Position numbers and translations under genes: made by a program
Notes under the pieces: generated by a model
The model's database searches: none
What the model saw: only the letters and a program-made list of their open reading frames with translations
What the model was told of the DNA's origin: nothing
In this document: positions 1 through 13,400 of the stretch, piece by piece
Numbering within the stretch: position 1 is the stretch's first letter
Layout of the letters: every line of letters starts with the position of its first letter
Origin: Chrysomallon squamiferum
Lineage: Eukaryota > Animalia > Mollusca
Length of the DNA stretch: 64,000 nt
Reading direction: 5' to 3'
Assembly: GCA_012295275.1 (NCBI GenBank)
Contig: CM022671.1
Coordinates: 31,806,001-31,870,000 of the forward strand

Positions 1-190
1 CATCATTATTGCAAAAAAACAAATGTATTATGTCTATTGTCATTTTGATGTTTAACAATTTAATATGCATATTTCGGAGTATGAATAAATGAAGAAACCA
101 ATATTTATTTTTATTTTTTATTATTAAAAAAAAAAAAAAAAAATTTATTAAATTTTATTTATTTATTTATTTATTTTATTATTATTATTA

Positions 191-243
<53 letters not shown>

Positions 244-847
244 TATTTTTAATTTATTTATTTTGGTAAAATAAGTAACAATGCTATTTTCTTTTATATA
301 AAATTGTATATAAGTATTTAAAAGAAAACAGTTTTGTTTTAATTTTTCAACAGCATCAGCATGGTAATTATTATTATTAATTTTATCTATTTATCATCAT
401 CATTATAAACATGATCATCATTTATATTTTATATATATATTATCATTATGTTTTTTCCTTGTTGTTTTTTTATTATTATTTTTTAAAATTATTTTTATTT
501 GTTTTAGTTTAACTTCAGTTTCAAAATTCATGTATGTTTCACAGATCCAGTTACATATTTTAATCCTTTCACACAAGTATTATGAATTATCTTTCTGACA
601 ATTTAAAGTGGCTTTAATGAGAAGTATTCAGGATTATTCTTGGATTATTTTTTAGCAATGCAATAAAAAAATAAATAATAATTTCTAATGATTAATTTGT
701 TTATATAGTTCAGATATATTATTTAAACTCGAATAATTTATATATGTGTAATGCTAGTTACTTGATTAATGGGTGGAAGCAAGTAATTCATTTTTTTTTT
801 TTTTGCACAGTTCCTATTTTCCAATTTATTATTGTTATTACTACTGC

Positions 848-890
<43 letters not shown>

Positions 891-3800
891 AACATTACTA
901 TTAATCTCTATACAAAATCTGCTGTAATTAAAATTTTTATCTGAATAGACCTAAACATTTTATAACTAATTTAAAAGTTCTTAATATATATATATATATA
1001 TAATTTTAAATGTGAAAAAAGAAAATATGATGTTAGCTCTTTATTTAAAATACATTGTGTATTAGACTTCTTTTCTATTTTCAGTAAAACTGCTACCTTT
1101 TTTCTTTTTCTTTTTAAATGTTAAATAAGATTTCACTAATTTTTGTATTTTCCTAACTTTCTTCCAGTACTTTAGTCACTGGATAGAGGTTAATGTTATC
1201 ATGTGTTTGAAATATAATCTCAAAAGTGGCTAAAGGTCTGAGACACAATCATTTGCATACAAAACATTATATCATGTACAAAATATTAATGTCATAGTAC
1301 TTGTACAATGAATTAATCTGGACTGCCTCAGAAAACTTGGTGTCCTGGTTCAAATCATGTTAGTGGTGGTTGTGTATAATTTATAAAAACTAGGTGAATG
1401 GTCTGATTTTGAAAAAAGGATGAGTATATTGATTTCAAAGTGATTTGTTAAATTAAAAACTGTTTATAATGAGCTGGTATCACAGTCATTTAAAATCAAA
1501 ATAAGTTTCTATTTTGTATTACAGATTTTAACCGTGTAATTAGTTTACACCATTGCTTCTTTTATTTATTTTATATATCAGTTTAAAATCAACTTACAAA
1601 GCCTGTGATTAGTTCATTTATTTTTGCTAAAAATCAAAGTTTGCCTTGCATTTGTGTGTGATCAAAATGTATGTGTCTTAAAAACCTGATATCATGTTAC
1701 TATTGGTCACAGAACATCAATGTTTAAAAAGTAATTTTGATATTTAATTATATTTATATTTTGTTTCCTGTTTTGTTTTTATATATATTTAATAAAATGG
1801 TACTTTATATTTTCATCTTTTGCATTGTATTTTAATTGTATTTAATTTTTTAAATTTTTTATTATTAGGGTTAGGTGGGGGATTTTCTTCTTATTATTAT
1901 TATTATCTACTACTACTACATACTACTACTACTGCTAACACCCTTTAATTATATTATTTTTTTATTATATAATTTTTTATTAATTTATTTTTTTATTTTT
2001 ATTTTTATCTTTTTAATTATATAGTTTTTGTGTTTTGGGAGGGTGAACAGGGGTTTCTGGTTATTTATTTTTTCTTTGTTGTTCACTTCACTAAACACAC
2101 TGATTGTATTTTATTCTGTAAAGTTTATAAGTTGTGAATAACTTTTTATTTTCATTGACGTGTTTAGAAACAAGATTTTTTAACAATCTAATTATTTTAT
2201 TCATACCTAAACCAGACATAGTTTTATATATTGTACACACATAATTTCACAAACACTAATACAAATTTCATTTTTAAAAATCACAATATTGCCTTGAACC
2301 AGAAACACTGCTAGTTTTGTAAACACAAAATAAAAAATTATGAAGCCTGCTTTGATGTTACAAGAATAGATTTAGATCTGGATATATGTAAGATACATTA
2401 AATGATGATTTTATTGTGTAAAAATAAATATATAAAAAAATAAATAATAATTTTAAAATTTGTAAAAGAGTAATTGATATATATTATTTTTTTTACTTTA
2501 TCTTGTTTTCAATATATATATATTTTATAAATTAAGAAAGAAAGATATTTTTTCATATATTTTTTTTTCATCGTCATGATTCAAATGTATGTCAGTAAAA
2601 AACATGAATGGAAACTATTTTTTTTACACATATCAAATAAGTTTGTGTATTATGCAGTTGTGTAAAAATGTTAACTGGTTAAAGACAATTAATATATTTT
2701 ATTTAATGTTGTTGTTTATTTCTTTATTATCACTCTGTATAACAGTAATATTTTCCCAGTCTGGCTTATGCTTAATAAATATGTTTGTGCTTTGCAGTTT
2801 TTAAAAAATCAATTCCAAACTGCTTGTCACAAATATATGTTTAGTACTCAGAAATTATTACTCCAGCATCTAATTTCTGTAAAATTATGATTTTTTCTAA
2901 ATACATGTCTGTAATAGTTAGAGATCCAATTACAGTTTCACTTATTTTATAATTTATTAATTTTTTTCTTTTGTTATCAACCCAGTTTCTGGACAGTTAA
3001 TTTCTCAATTTTAGAGTCTTATGTAAAAAGTGATATTGGAAATCTGCATTTTTTCATTTAAATTGACTGTCTTAGATTAAGTTCAAATCATAAATTGTTA
3101 GAAGCAATCAATATTCCCACTCCTCTCATGCACAGTCATATATACACTGGAAACTTTAATAATTATAATTATGATGAAAACAGACCAAAACAGATTCAAA
3201 AGTATACATAAATTGAGGAAATAAGTCCAGAAAAATAACCTTGTATTTTTCTGATATTTAACGGTAAATAAAAGGTATTTAGTGCATGATTAAATAAAAC
3301 CCTTCCCTTATTGGCATTTTTTCTCTCCCCTAATACACATTGTAGTCACAAACTCCAGCAACTCTTTAAACATTTCTGAGAATAAGAAATGAACTATTTG
3401 TAATTAAAAACTGGATAGTTCATTACAATTCTGAAAAAAATAAACATTAAAAAACAACATTAGTTTTAAAACAAAAATTGGTAGTGTTCTTGATAACTTA
3501 TAACTGAAATACAAAATTCTAGTTTTTTCATCTGATTATCCATCAGACTTAAAACAAAACATGTTTATTGTGAATATGGATTCATCAGAATTTATTCAGA
3601 TCAAAAACATATTTTAATTAAATCAAGAAAAAGTTAATTCAAAACATTTTTAAAAATAATTAATTGGATATAAAAATTAACATCACGTTTACAAAGATTT
3701 TTGTCTCCTTCATATTCATTAGTGAATATGGATGTCATCAGAATATACAAAACGATGCATAAATGTAGATTAATACTTCCTTTCTTCTGAAGTAACAATT

Positions 3801-4168
3801 CTTTAGTTACTTGTGCGTCCTGAATAAAAACAACTATAACATTTTTATGAAGTACATAATTAACTTGGATAAAAAATTAACATCAGGAAAGTTTATTGCA
3901 AATACAATGTAATCTACTTTAGAAAACAACATTTTACTATAAATAACTATAAAACAAACAAAAAACAGGGAATAAACCCAGAAGATTTTTCTTTTTCTGT
4001 TTAAATACATTCATAAAATAAAAAATGTTAAAATAAAATAACACAAAAAAATCCTCATCTGAATCTTGGGTTCATTTCCTATAATTACATTAAATGAAAT
4101 ATCAGAACAACTGCTAGAATTATTTATTGTTATTTCTAAACCATTAAAAGTGAAACAAAGAATGTTTG

Positions 4169-4403
4169 TTAAATTTCAACTGGAACCAGTTGGGGAGTTT
4201 TCTCATCCAGTAAGGCCTGTGGATCAATAGGCTGGACTCTAACTGGAACTTGGATCATTTCCTGCAGCTTCAAAGGACTGAGGTTGTTCAAGACCTCAAC
4301 ATTGTTTGTATGGTCAGAAACACTGTCTAGAAGCAGACTGAGAAAAAATAAAAGTTAATAATTAGTTGTAAAATATATTACAATCTGAAATAATAGATAT
4401 TGA

Positions 4404-4443
<40 letters not shown>

Positions 4444-7400
4444 TGGTTTTTTAGTAATTATTTTTGTGTAAGGAGATGACAACTCTTTTTCTTTTCATAT
4501 AATTTATTCCTTCTTTTTTTTTTCTCTTTTTTTTCCTGTTTTTATTGATATATCTTAAATTTCATGGTCAGAAAATTTGTAATTTTAATTTACTTTACTT
4601 TATTTTCTATTTTTATTTGTTTAAATTTTTTATTTTTTATTTACTTATTTATTTATTTTTTTTTTTGTTATTTATCATTATTATTATATCAATGGGTTAA
4701 GGTTTTTGTTATTATTTTTGAAAGAGAAATTAATGGGTTTTTGCATAGTTTAACTTTTCTAAAAAATTAATATTCATTAATACAAATAAATTAAAACGAA
4801 GAGAGAGAGGAAAAATAAAGAAGAGGAAGAATAAAACTATATTGGCCAAGAAACAAAAACAGCTAAACAATTATGCATTCATATATTTACAGTTCTTTTA
4901 ATTTTAAATAAAATAATAATTACATGTCATATTTATAATACATGAATCAATAAAATAAATATTAAGTCACTTGTTTCTGACAACTTTGATCTTACCTCAG
5001 ATCTCGGATTTTGTTCCTGGATTTCAGATAGTATCTGAATGAAGCAGCAGCAATGAGAGCCAAGACAGTGACACCAGACACAACAATCACAGCAATGATG
5101 ACAGCAGCAAGACCAGAATCAACTTGTGGGTTAACAAGAACCTGAATGGTAATCGGATGACTGTAAGCATTATCTCCATCCTTGATGATGAAAGATACAT
5201 TTGCTGAACCAGTGAAATTTGGAAGATGATGTAACCACAGCTGCTGCTTTGATATTGTACCAAACGATTCAGTCAGAATGGTACCAGAGATTCCTGCATC
5301 ATCTTGTTCTGAAGGTGGTGGAGTTAGTGAAAAGTTTAGAGTTGCTAACAGTTCTGGAAATTTCTGGATGTATGAAAGACTATCATTAGCATCTGCATCC
5401 ATCATCCAGAAAGTGCCTACAAGATGTTTTGTTTTATCATTTTTGAGTTTTACTTCCACCAGTTTTTTTTCTGCAGAATTCAACAAATGACTGTCACTGG
5501 AATTTTGGAAAAACAGAGTTGGAGCATCATTGACATTGTCCACTCTTATAGTGATAAATGCTGCAAGAGTGTGAGGCTTAGCACCTGGAACATGTATCAC
5601 CTCAGTAGCAGATATTTCTATTTCATCAACACCAGTGAAATCCTGTTGAGGCATGTACTGCAACATTCCTTCAAGAGAAACATTGGCTGTGCCGTGCTTG
5701 GGTTGAGTTTTTATAGCAAATATCAGCTCATCTCCTTCAGCATCAACAAATTCAATTGAAGCTTTCAGAATATTATCTTCTTTACCATCTACCTTTGTGG
5801 TGACAATAGAAGGAATGGAATTATGAAGTTCAGGTCTAATTTCTGCTATGATGAAATGTCTAGGAGAAGACAGATCTTGGGTACTTCGTTTTTGATAGTC
5901 AGGCTTCCCAAAGGATAATGGTGCTGATGTGAAAGCTTTTTCACATACCTGAACAATAAAACAGCTTGTTTAAAATTATACTAAATACTTTTTTAAAAAA
6001 AACAATGATATTATCTGAGATAATTCATAATTTAATTTATAACAAATATCTCAAAGTACGAGAACTGAAATAATGTTTGTATAAATAATAATTTTCAGAC
6101 ATTTTAATAAAATGATATTCATAGGTCATATTTATAATACAGGTAATAATAATAATAATAATAATAATATATTAAACAGCAAATACTCTTGTTTCAGTTT
6201 GCTAAACAGAAATGTGAATATTCATACGCCAATATTCAGTAATGACAACAATAACAATAATAACAATAATGCAATAATAATACAATAATAATAAAAATAA
6301 CAATAATAACAGTAATAACAATAATAGTAATAATAACAGTAACAATGATAATTAATAAATAAATAGAACAATTACTTCAGTATGAAATGATTCAGCAGTC
6401 AGGATGTTTTGGTTTTCTATACCACAAGGCTCCTGTATACTTCGCCATATCTGAGCATCTGCACATAAAATAATATAAAAATAATCTACTAACATGATGT
6501 AGCTTAATATAAACAGTACATTAACAAAATATAATATTATTATAATGAATAATATAACAAATATCTGTTTTATTGTCATCAATTATTATTAAATTTATTA
6601 TATAAATATTAGTTCTGTTTATATAAGAATAAAATAAAAATTTATAATATAGGATTCTTTTCAAAAATTCTTGGGGCTAGACATTTTCCAGGTTTTGAAA
6701 ATGAAAATTAGGATTTATGAAAACAGGTTGAAATATAATAAGTAGGTTATACAGATGTTCTACAGATAATTTTATATAGTTTTAATAATTTTCTGAATGA
6801 AATAAAGTTTGTGCACAGTAAAATATCAGAAAAATATAAAATTTCATTACCTCTGCTGCTCAAAAAAAAAAAAAAAAAAGGTTTTGGTTTCCAAGCTTTT
6901 CAATTTCAGAATTTGAGATAGATGATTTTAAACCTGCAATTTAAAAAAACTTACGGTTATCCCAGTATATAAGAGTAGGTTCAGATCCATGAGTTAAATT
7001 TTTTTTTCCAGTTGCTTTGTCACATTTATTTTCTTTTTCAGTCTGATCTGGGGAACTGGGGCAAGGTAAAACATTGGTTTTTGTATTGATACAAGTCTAA
7101 AAAACAAAACAAAATAGATCAATAGTATTTATATAAATTTATATACTATAAATAAATTTGTCATGTTTAACATCTATGTATGTTTACATGTATGTGAGTA
7201 TCTATGTATGTATATGTAAACTCATGATTGGCATCTTTGTGTATGTATCTATGCATGTTTTTGGTGAAAAATGAAACAGAATGTAAATATGCATGAAAAA
7301 AAAATTGTATCTGTGAGTATGAATGTTAAAAAAAAAAAAATGAAAAGGAATAAAAAAAAATGAAACAAAGAAGAAAAATGCAAAAAGAATAATAGAAAGG

Positions 7401-10400
7401 AAGGCAGAAAACTCACCTGTCATGGAGAAATCTTGACAGTTGTTCTGACGTCAGTTCTGGGTCAGCTATGTAAGGGAGATAACCTGCTGAAGCTGTTGAA
7501 CCATACAGGCTCTGTACATCTGACTTCTCTAGAACACCCACAGACAGACGACCATCATCAACTGAACAGAAAGAAAATTATTTCAGTAACAGAAAACAGA
7601 TGTGTCTTGAATTACAAAACATTTACAGTTAAATGCTAAATCTTAAAGTACAAAATAAAATTATGAACAAACTAAATTGTAAGTTCAAAATACAATTATG
7701 AAAAAACTAAATACAACTCAGAAATTAAAGGAACATATTTGTGCATTGTATATTAAAAGAAATTGCTATTACTAGTTATGTTGTTTTTGTAATTACCTTC
7801 AAAATCTAATTCAAGCTGTGGTTTTTCACTTGAACTGGTGGAATCATTTTCTTTTAATTCTCCTCTGGTATTGACAGTGAGGTGTGTTTTTCCTGACATC
7901 AGCAGTTTGTCTTTCACTCCTAAATTTTTAAAATTAATTTAAAATAAAAGATCAACACATATAAACAAAAAACAACAAACTTGAAATTAACTTTTTGAAA
8001 AATAATTTATAAAATAAATGTCTAAGTATTTGTACACAAATTCATTTTGATTCATTTGTAGAATTTCAAAATGCAGTAAAACAAATAAATACTTATTTTG
8101 TTATGATATTACAGATATAATGTAATGTAAACAGAGGAGAAAAATCAAATAACTTTTGAAAATCATCTGAAGCTATCAAACTATGAACTTTACGTTCCTG
8201 TTCAAACATTAGAACTAAGTAACAGAGTAAATTAATAATTATTTTTGAATGTCTCTGAGATACAGCATGCTTTTCCAAAGTAAAAACATCACAAGTGTCT
8301 ACCTAATGTTGTGTTATAGTTATGAGTTATACATATAAAAATATAAAAGTAAAGAAAACTAAATATGTAGAACCAAATACTGATAATAAAATCTAAACAT
8401 GAAGAACCAAATTCCAATAATAATCCAATAATAATAACTAAATTTGTAAAATCAAATACTGGCAATAAAAATTAAATATGTAGAACCATATATTGATAAT
8501 AAAAATAAACATGAAGATCCATATACTGATAATGAAAACTAACTGTAGATCCTCCATATGTTGCTATTAATCTGGACACTTACTTTTAATACATGATGGT
8601 TTTACATGGATCTCGCTGTACAAATGTGATCTGCTCATAGCATAAAGTGACTGGTATACACAGCGACCAGGCTCTAACATGAAGTGACTTTGTTTCTTTG
8701 GAGGTTTCTCTTTTTCGATGTTTGTCACTGTCCGTTCAAAGAAGTCTGCAAGTCCAGGATTCTTGTCAGAACCATCAAGTCTCATTTCACCATTCACAAT
8801 TCCAACATAACTCGTTTCTTTTTCACCAATTCTCACCAAAGGGAAAATGTCTTGTGTTTCACTGGAACTGCCAATTTTCCATTCTGAAAAATTATAAATT
8901 GTTCTTGATAATTATTTCAGTTTGTGTATGTGTGCATGCATGTAAGTATTTGTGTGTATATCTGTTTGTGCTTGTGTGTATTTCTGTGTATGTGTACAGA
9001 TATGGAGACAGCAATTATAATAGTGAAAAGGAAGATATGTAATCTTAAAGAGACAACTTATTAAAAACTTTGTATTACTCTAATTTTACTAAACATAAAT
9101 ATTACAAAATGAAAGATATTACTAAATATAAATTTTACAAAATGCATTTTGAGATCATTTGCAACGTTATATGAAAATTTCATTTTGAACAATATCATTT
9201 ATGAAAAAGGTATAAAGAAAAACCAAATACTGACCATAATATTCAGCACCTACAATACTATTATTATCCCATGCCAGTCCAATTCTGTCTGTGTACTCTG
9301 TTATCACAGCTGACTGATCAGTAAAATTTGAACTTTCAGAAAACAAGGACATGACTTTTGCATTACTTGTATCAGGTGGATTTATGTCCATTGTAAAGTT
9401 GCACGACTTCATGCTGCTTTGTCCAGCTCCATTTTGTACTTTAACATTCACAAAATATTTGTTCATATGAATTAGTTTACCATCAAGATTTCTGATAACT
9501 AAAGATTTGTTTGATGGAACAAATATGTCTGGCTGGATATCCTGTTTCCCTAAAGCTGTTCCAATGCTTACAAATGTAGAGACAATTCCACTGACATCTT
9601 CTCCAGCTTCCCATTTCACACTGACAGAGTTTTTGTTTCCTAGAAACTGAACTGCTTCATCTGAAGAATAATCAGGGTCCAAGCATTTTACATATTCAAT
9701 GTTTGGTGGAGAAGTGTCAACCAACACAGCATCTGACTTGGAATAGGTCACCAAGCCAGCATAGTTTTCAACTCTGATGTCAACAAAGTATGTAGAGAGT
9801 TTAAAATCTTGGAAAGCTTTGGAAGAGTTCACTTTTGTTTCATTAGTTTGAACATCATCACTGGCTGATGCCAGAGTGAGATTCTGAAGATCTAGTGTAA
9901 TTGGAACAATTCCTTCAGGAAGCTTGCATGTGTCTAGACAACTAGACTCACATGACTTGTCACATAAACGACAAAATGTAGAATATGCTTGAAAAGGTAC
10001 AATATTTGCAGTCTTATTCTTAGTGTCAGACAATCCAATTGATATCTTTTTAAGTCCACTTTCAAGATCATAAAATGGAGCTCCATAAACACACAGAGGT
10101 TTTTCGTGTTTTGGAATCCTGATACTTGTAATAAAAGCTTTAGTTTTAAATGGCTCAAATGGGTCAATAATTGGTGGAATGTAATGATGGATGTTCCAGG
10201 TAAAGATGTTCAAAGAAATGTCATTGTTCAGTACCAAACCATTAAATGATGCTTTCTCCAGCCCATTTAGAAAAAATGTCACATCCCAGCTGGACATCAA
10301 ATGAACAGTTTTGTTATACAGCATGAATTTGAATTCACTGCTTTCAGTCAGGTGATCTAATTCTAGTGTGTGAGCATGAAACTTGAATCTATCCTGGACC

Positions 10401-13400
10401 CAGATGTTTACTTCTTGTGCACTGTTTACACTGTCTGATAGTTTTATGGAAACACCAAAGTTAAAACCATGATTTACAAATGGAGTGCAGTCTGAGGAAT
10501 TATCAGAACATTGTGCAAATTTTGCAAGCAAAACATTCACAAACTGGGTCGGGTGAATGTAATTATCTTCAGACATGTAATTAATTCCTGTGAGAATATT
10601 TTTTCCCAGAGCTGGTTTTATATTCACAGAGTAATTTCCACCAGTCAGTTTTAAGTGTTTAAAAATCACTGCCCCTTTTTCTATCAGTTTCAAAGTGGAG
10701 TCATGTTGCATCACCAAATGAATTTGATCAGATTCCATAACCACACTGCCATTTGAAAATTCTTCATCATCAAGGAATTCAACTGCATCTGGAATAATGT
10801 AACTTTCACATTCAGTGTGACTTTTGTCATGTGAAACAATCAAGGTGGCTTGGATAGAATCGTTATTTCTCTGGAAATATACTGGATGTTTCCAGTCACT
10901 TCCTGAATGAACCGAGCCAGAACAAGGTGGGGATTCATCTAATTTAATTGGTTTTGACTGAACCAGAGTTTTAAGAGCAGCTGGGTTGTATGCCTCAACT
11001 GAAATATAGTATACCTGATTTACTTTTAGTAATATATCATTAAAAACAGTTTTATTATCGTGTTCCACATTTTGTCTTTCTATTTCTTTTCTTGTGTCAC
11101 TGATCACTGGTCCACCATCAGTGCACGGTTGTCCTTCTATAATCACAGTGTAAAATTCAATGCCACTTTCCTCATCTTCAAAACCATGAAGATAAACAAC
11201 AAGTTCGTTTGGTACATTTATATACATCACTTCTTCATCAACTGCTCCTTGTATCTGAATATTACCAGCTGTTGGCGGAGTTGTGTCAACAACAATGGAG
11301 TGACTTCCCATCAAGAGGCAGATACCAGACTCATCATGAGCAATAAGCAGAACGTAGTAAGAAGCACCATGTGAAAGTGAAAGATCAGTAAACATGTGCA
11401 TCTGGTCAAGACCCACACTAACAAAATCATGAACAATTGCTGAAATATTCATCTGCTTTACTTGACTACAAATAAACCTTTGGTTGTCATGGTGATGTGT
11501 GGAGATGCCAATATGGTATTCCCTTATACCAATGTCAGAGTAAACACCAGACCATGAAGCCTGCAGAAAATCAGTAGCTGACTGCACTGGTTGGCATTCT
11601 ACCACACCTGGAGTAAACTCCCCTGTAAACCCAACTCTTATACCATTGGAGTATGCTTCCTGGAAACTTCCAGCCATGCTGTATGCCCTCACTGTTATGT
11701 AGTAAGTTGTTGTCTTTTCTTTTAGTTTTAGATTGTGGAATGTGACAGACCTGTTCAACCCTACATTCTGGAAGTACATGATGTTTACTCTTGTGTCTGG
11801 AAACCTTCTGTCATTTCCAACAGCCACTTCAAAGTAACTGATCTTTTGAGATGGGTCAGCTGAACTGTCATAACCAAAACCATACCAGTTAGCAGACAGA
11901 GTATCATTGCTGTGTTGAAAGTTAATATCCTCTCCCAAGCCATCATTGACAAAACCAGGATTTGGTGGCTGGATGTGAACCATTACACCATCAGAGCGAC
12001 CAATGAGAGTCCTGTTCATTGCATCCACCACTCGAACAACATTGATGTATGTTTTCATGTTCTCCAAATGTAGTTCATCGTTGTAGAAGTTAAAACCTTT
12101 GTCTGGAATAGGATGAAAAGGCTGGATCACAGAACCAGAAATGTCTTCAACTGACCATTCCACTTTCAAAGCAGGACATGCCTGAGAAAATGACCAGTGC
12201 CCTTGCATCACTGACAGATCAGTTTGTATAGTTTGATCCTCTGGCTTTGCACCATCACTTACCAAAACATGAATATTAGGACTGATTGACAAGGCTTCTG
12301 AGGATGACAGAAGATAGAGACCTGCTTTGTTGTAGATCTTCATTGTGACAAAAACTGTTGTCCCTTCAACAAGATGCAAATTCTTTACTGTGATTATTCC
12401 ATTATTCAGATCAACTTTGACAAAATCCTTTACATCTGAAGCTCCTTTGATGCTTCCGATAGCTGCTTCATACCTGGAAATTGTACCAATAAATTCATGT
12501 TCATTAATTATATATACATAACTTTACTTATATTATTATTAACAGAAATATACATATACTCATACATACATACATACATACATACAAATAGACAGACTGA
12601 CAGATAGATAATAATGATAGATAAGTACTTGCTACTATCTGATAATAGCATTTTCTTGTGGTACCCAGATCATACAAATCTATTCAATGTTGAAACACCA
12701 GCACTATATTGAAAATGATAAAAACAACAGTATCCTGTAATTATGTACTTCATAAATAACTACATGATTTTAAAATCTACTACAATACCTGTCAATTCCA
12801 GACTCTTTATCTTTAAAGTCATGAACTGCAATATCAATATATGATGTTGGAATCTGGCATAATTGGTTCTGGAATCTATTAGCTTGTCCAAAGCTGGTAA
12901 TGATATAAATGTTGCCATTTTCTGGTGGAGTTCTGTCTATAATAATCTGTTTGCGTATTTCTGTTTTAAGATGGATTTTGTTCACTAATGTCAAAGTGAT
13001 AAAAAGTTTATCCATATTCTTCAGCAAGACGTCATTCATATCTCTCTTCCAAATTCTATGTAGTAGTGATACATCCTCACGTGATACAATGTCAGAAAGC
13101 AAAGGTTGGGTCCCTACATATATATACAACTCATTGACTGTACTTTCATCATCTCCAATGGATTCCCAAGAACATTTAACATTTGATTTCATTGGTGATA
13201 TAGCCTTGGTACATTCAAAGTTGTTTATGAATGGTTCTGTGGAATCATAGACAATTGGAGCTGTCCTTTTCTCAGCAATGTTGCCAGCCTTGTCAATGGC
13301 CCTGATAACCAGAAACCTGGTATCTCCAGAAACAACAGAACCTTTATTTATCTTCAGACCTTCTTCCATCCCATCAATACTTTTGAAATTATTCCTCTGA

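Noticed and set aside
744-4770. Short plus-strand ORFs (744, 2589, 4564) and similar poly-Ile/Phe/Asn/His-Thr ORFs elsewhere
   Set aside because: They are translations of microsatellites and AT-rich intron or UTR sequence, with no splice logic or domain signal.
6955-7096. Reading exon 44 wholly in its open phase-0 frame (TCINTKTNVLPCPSS...)
   Set aside because: The upstream exon can only exit in phase 2 (its phase-0-exit frame starts with a stop), so a 1-nt indel is the simpler explanation.
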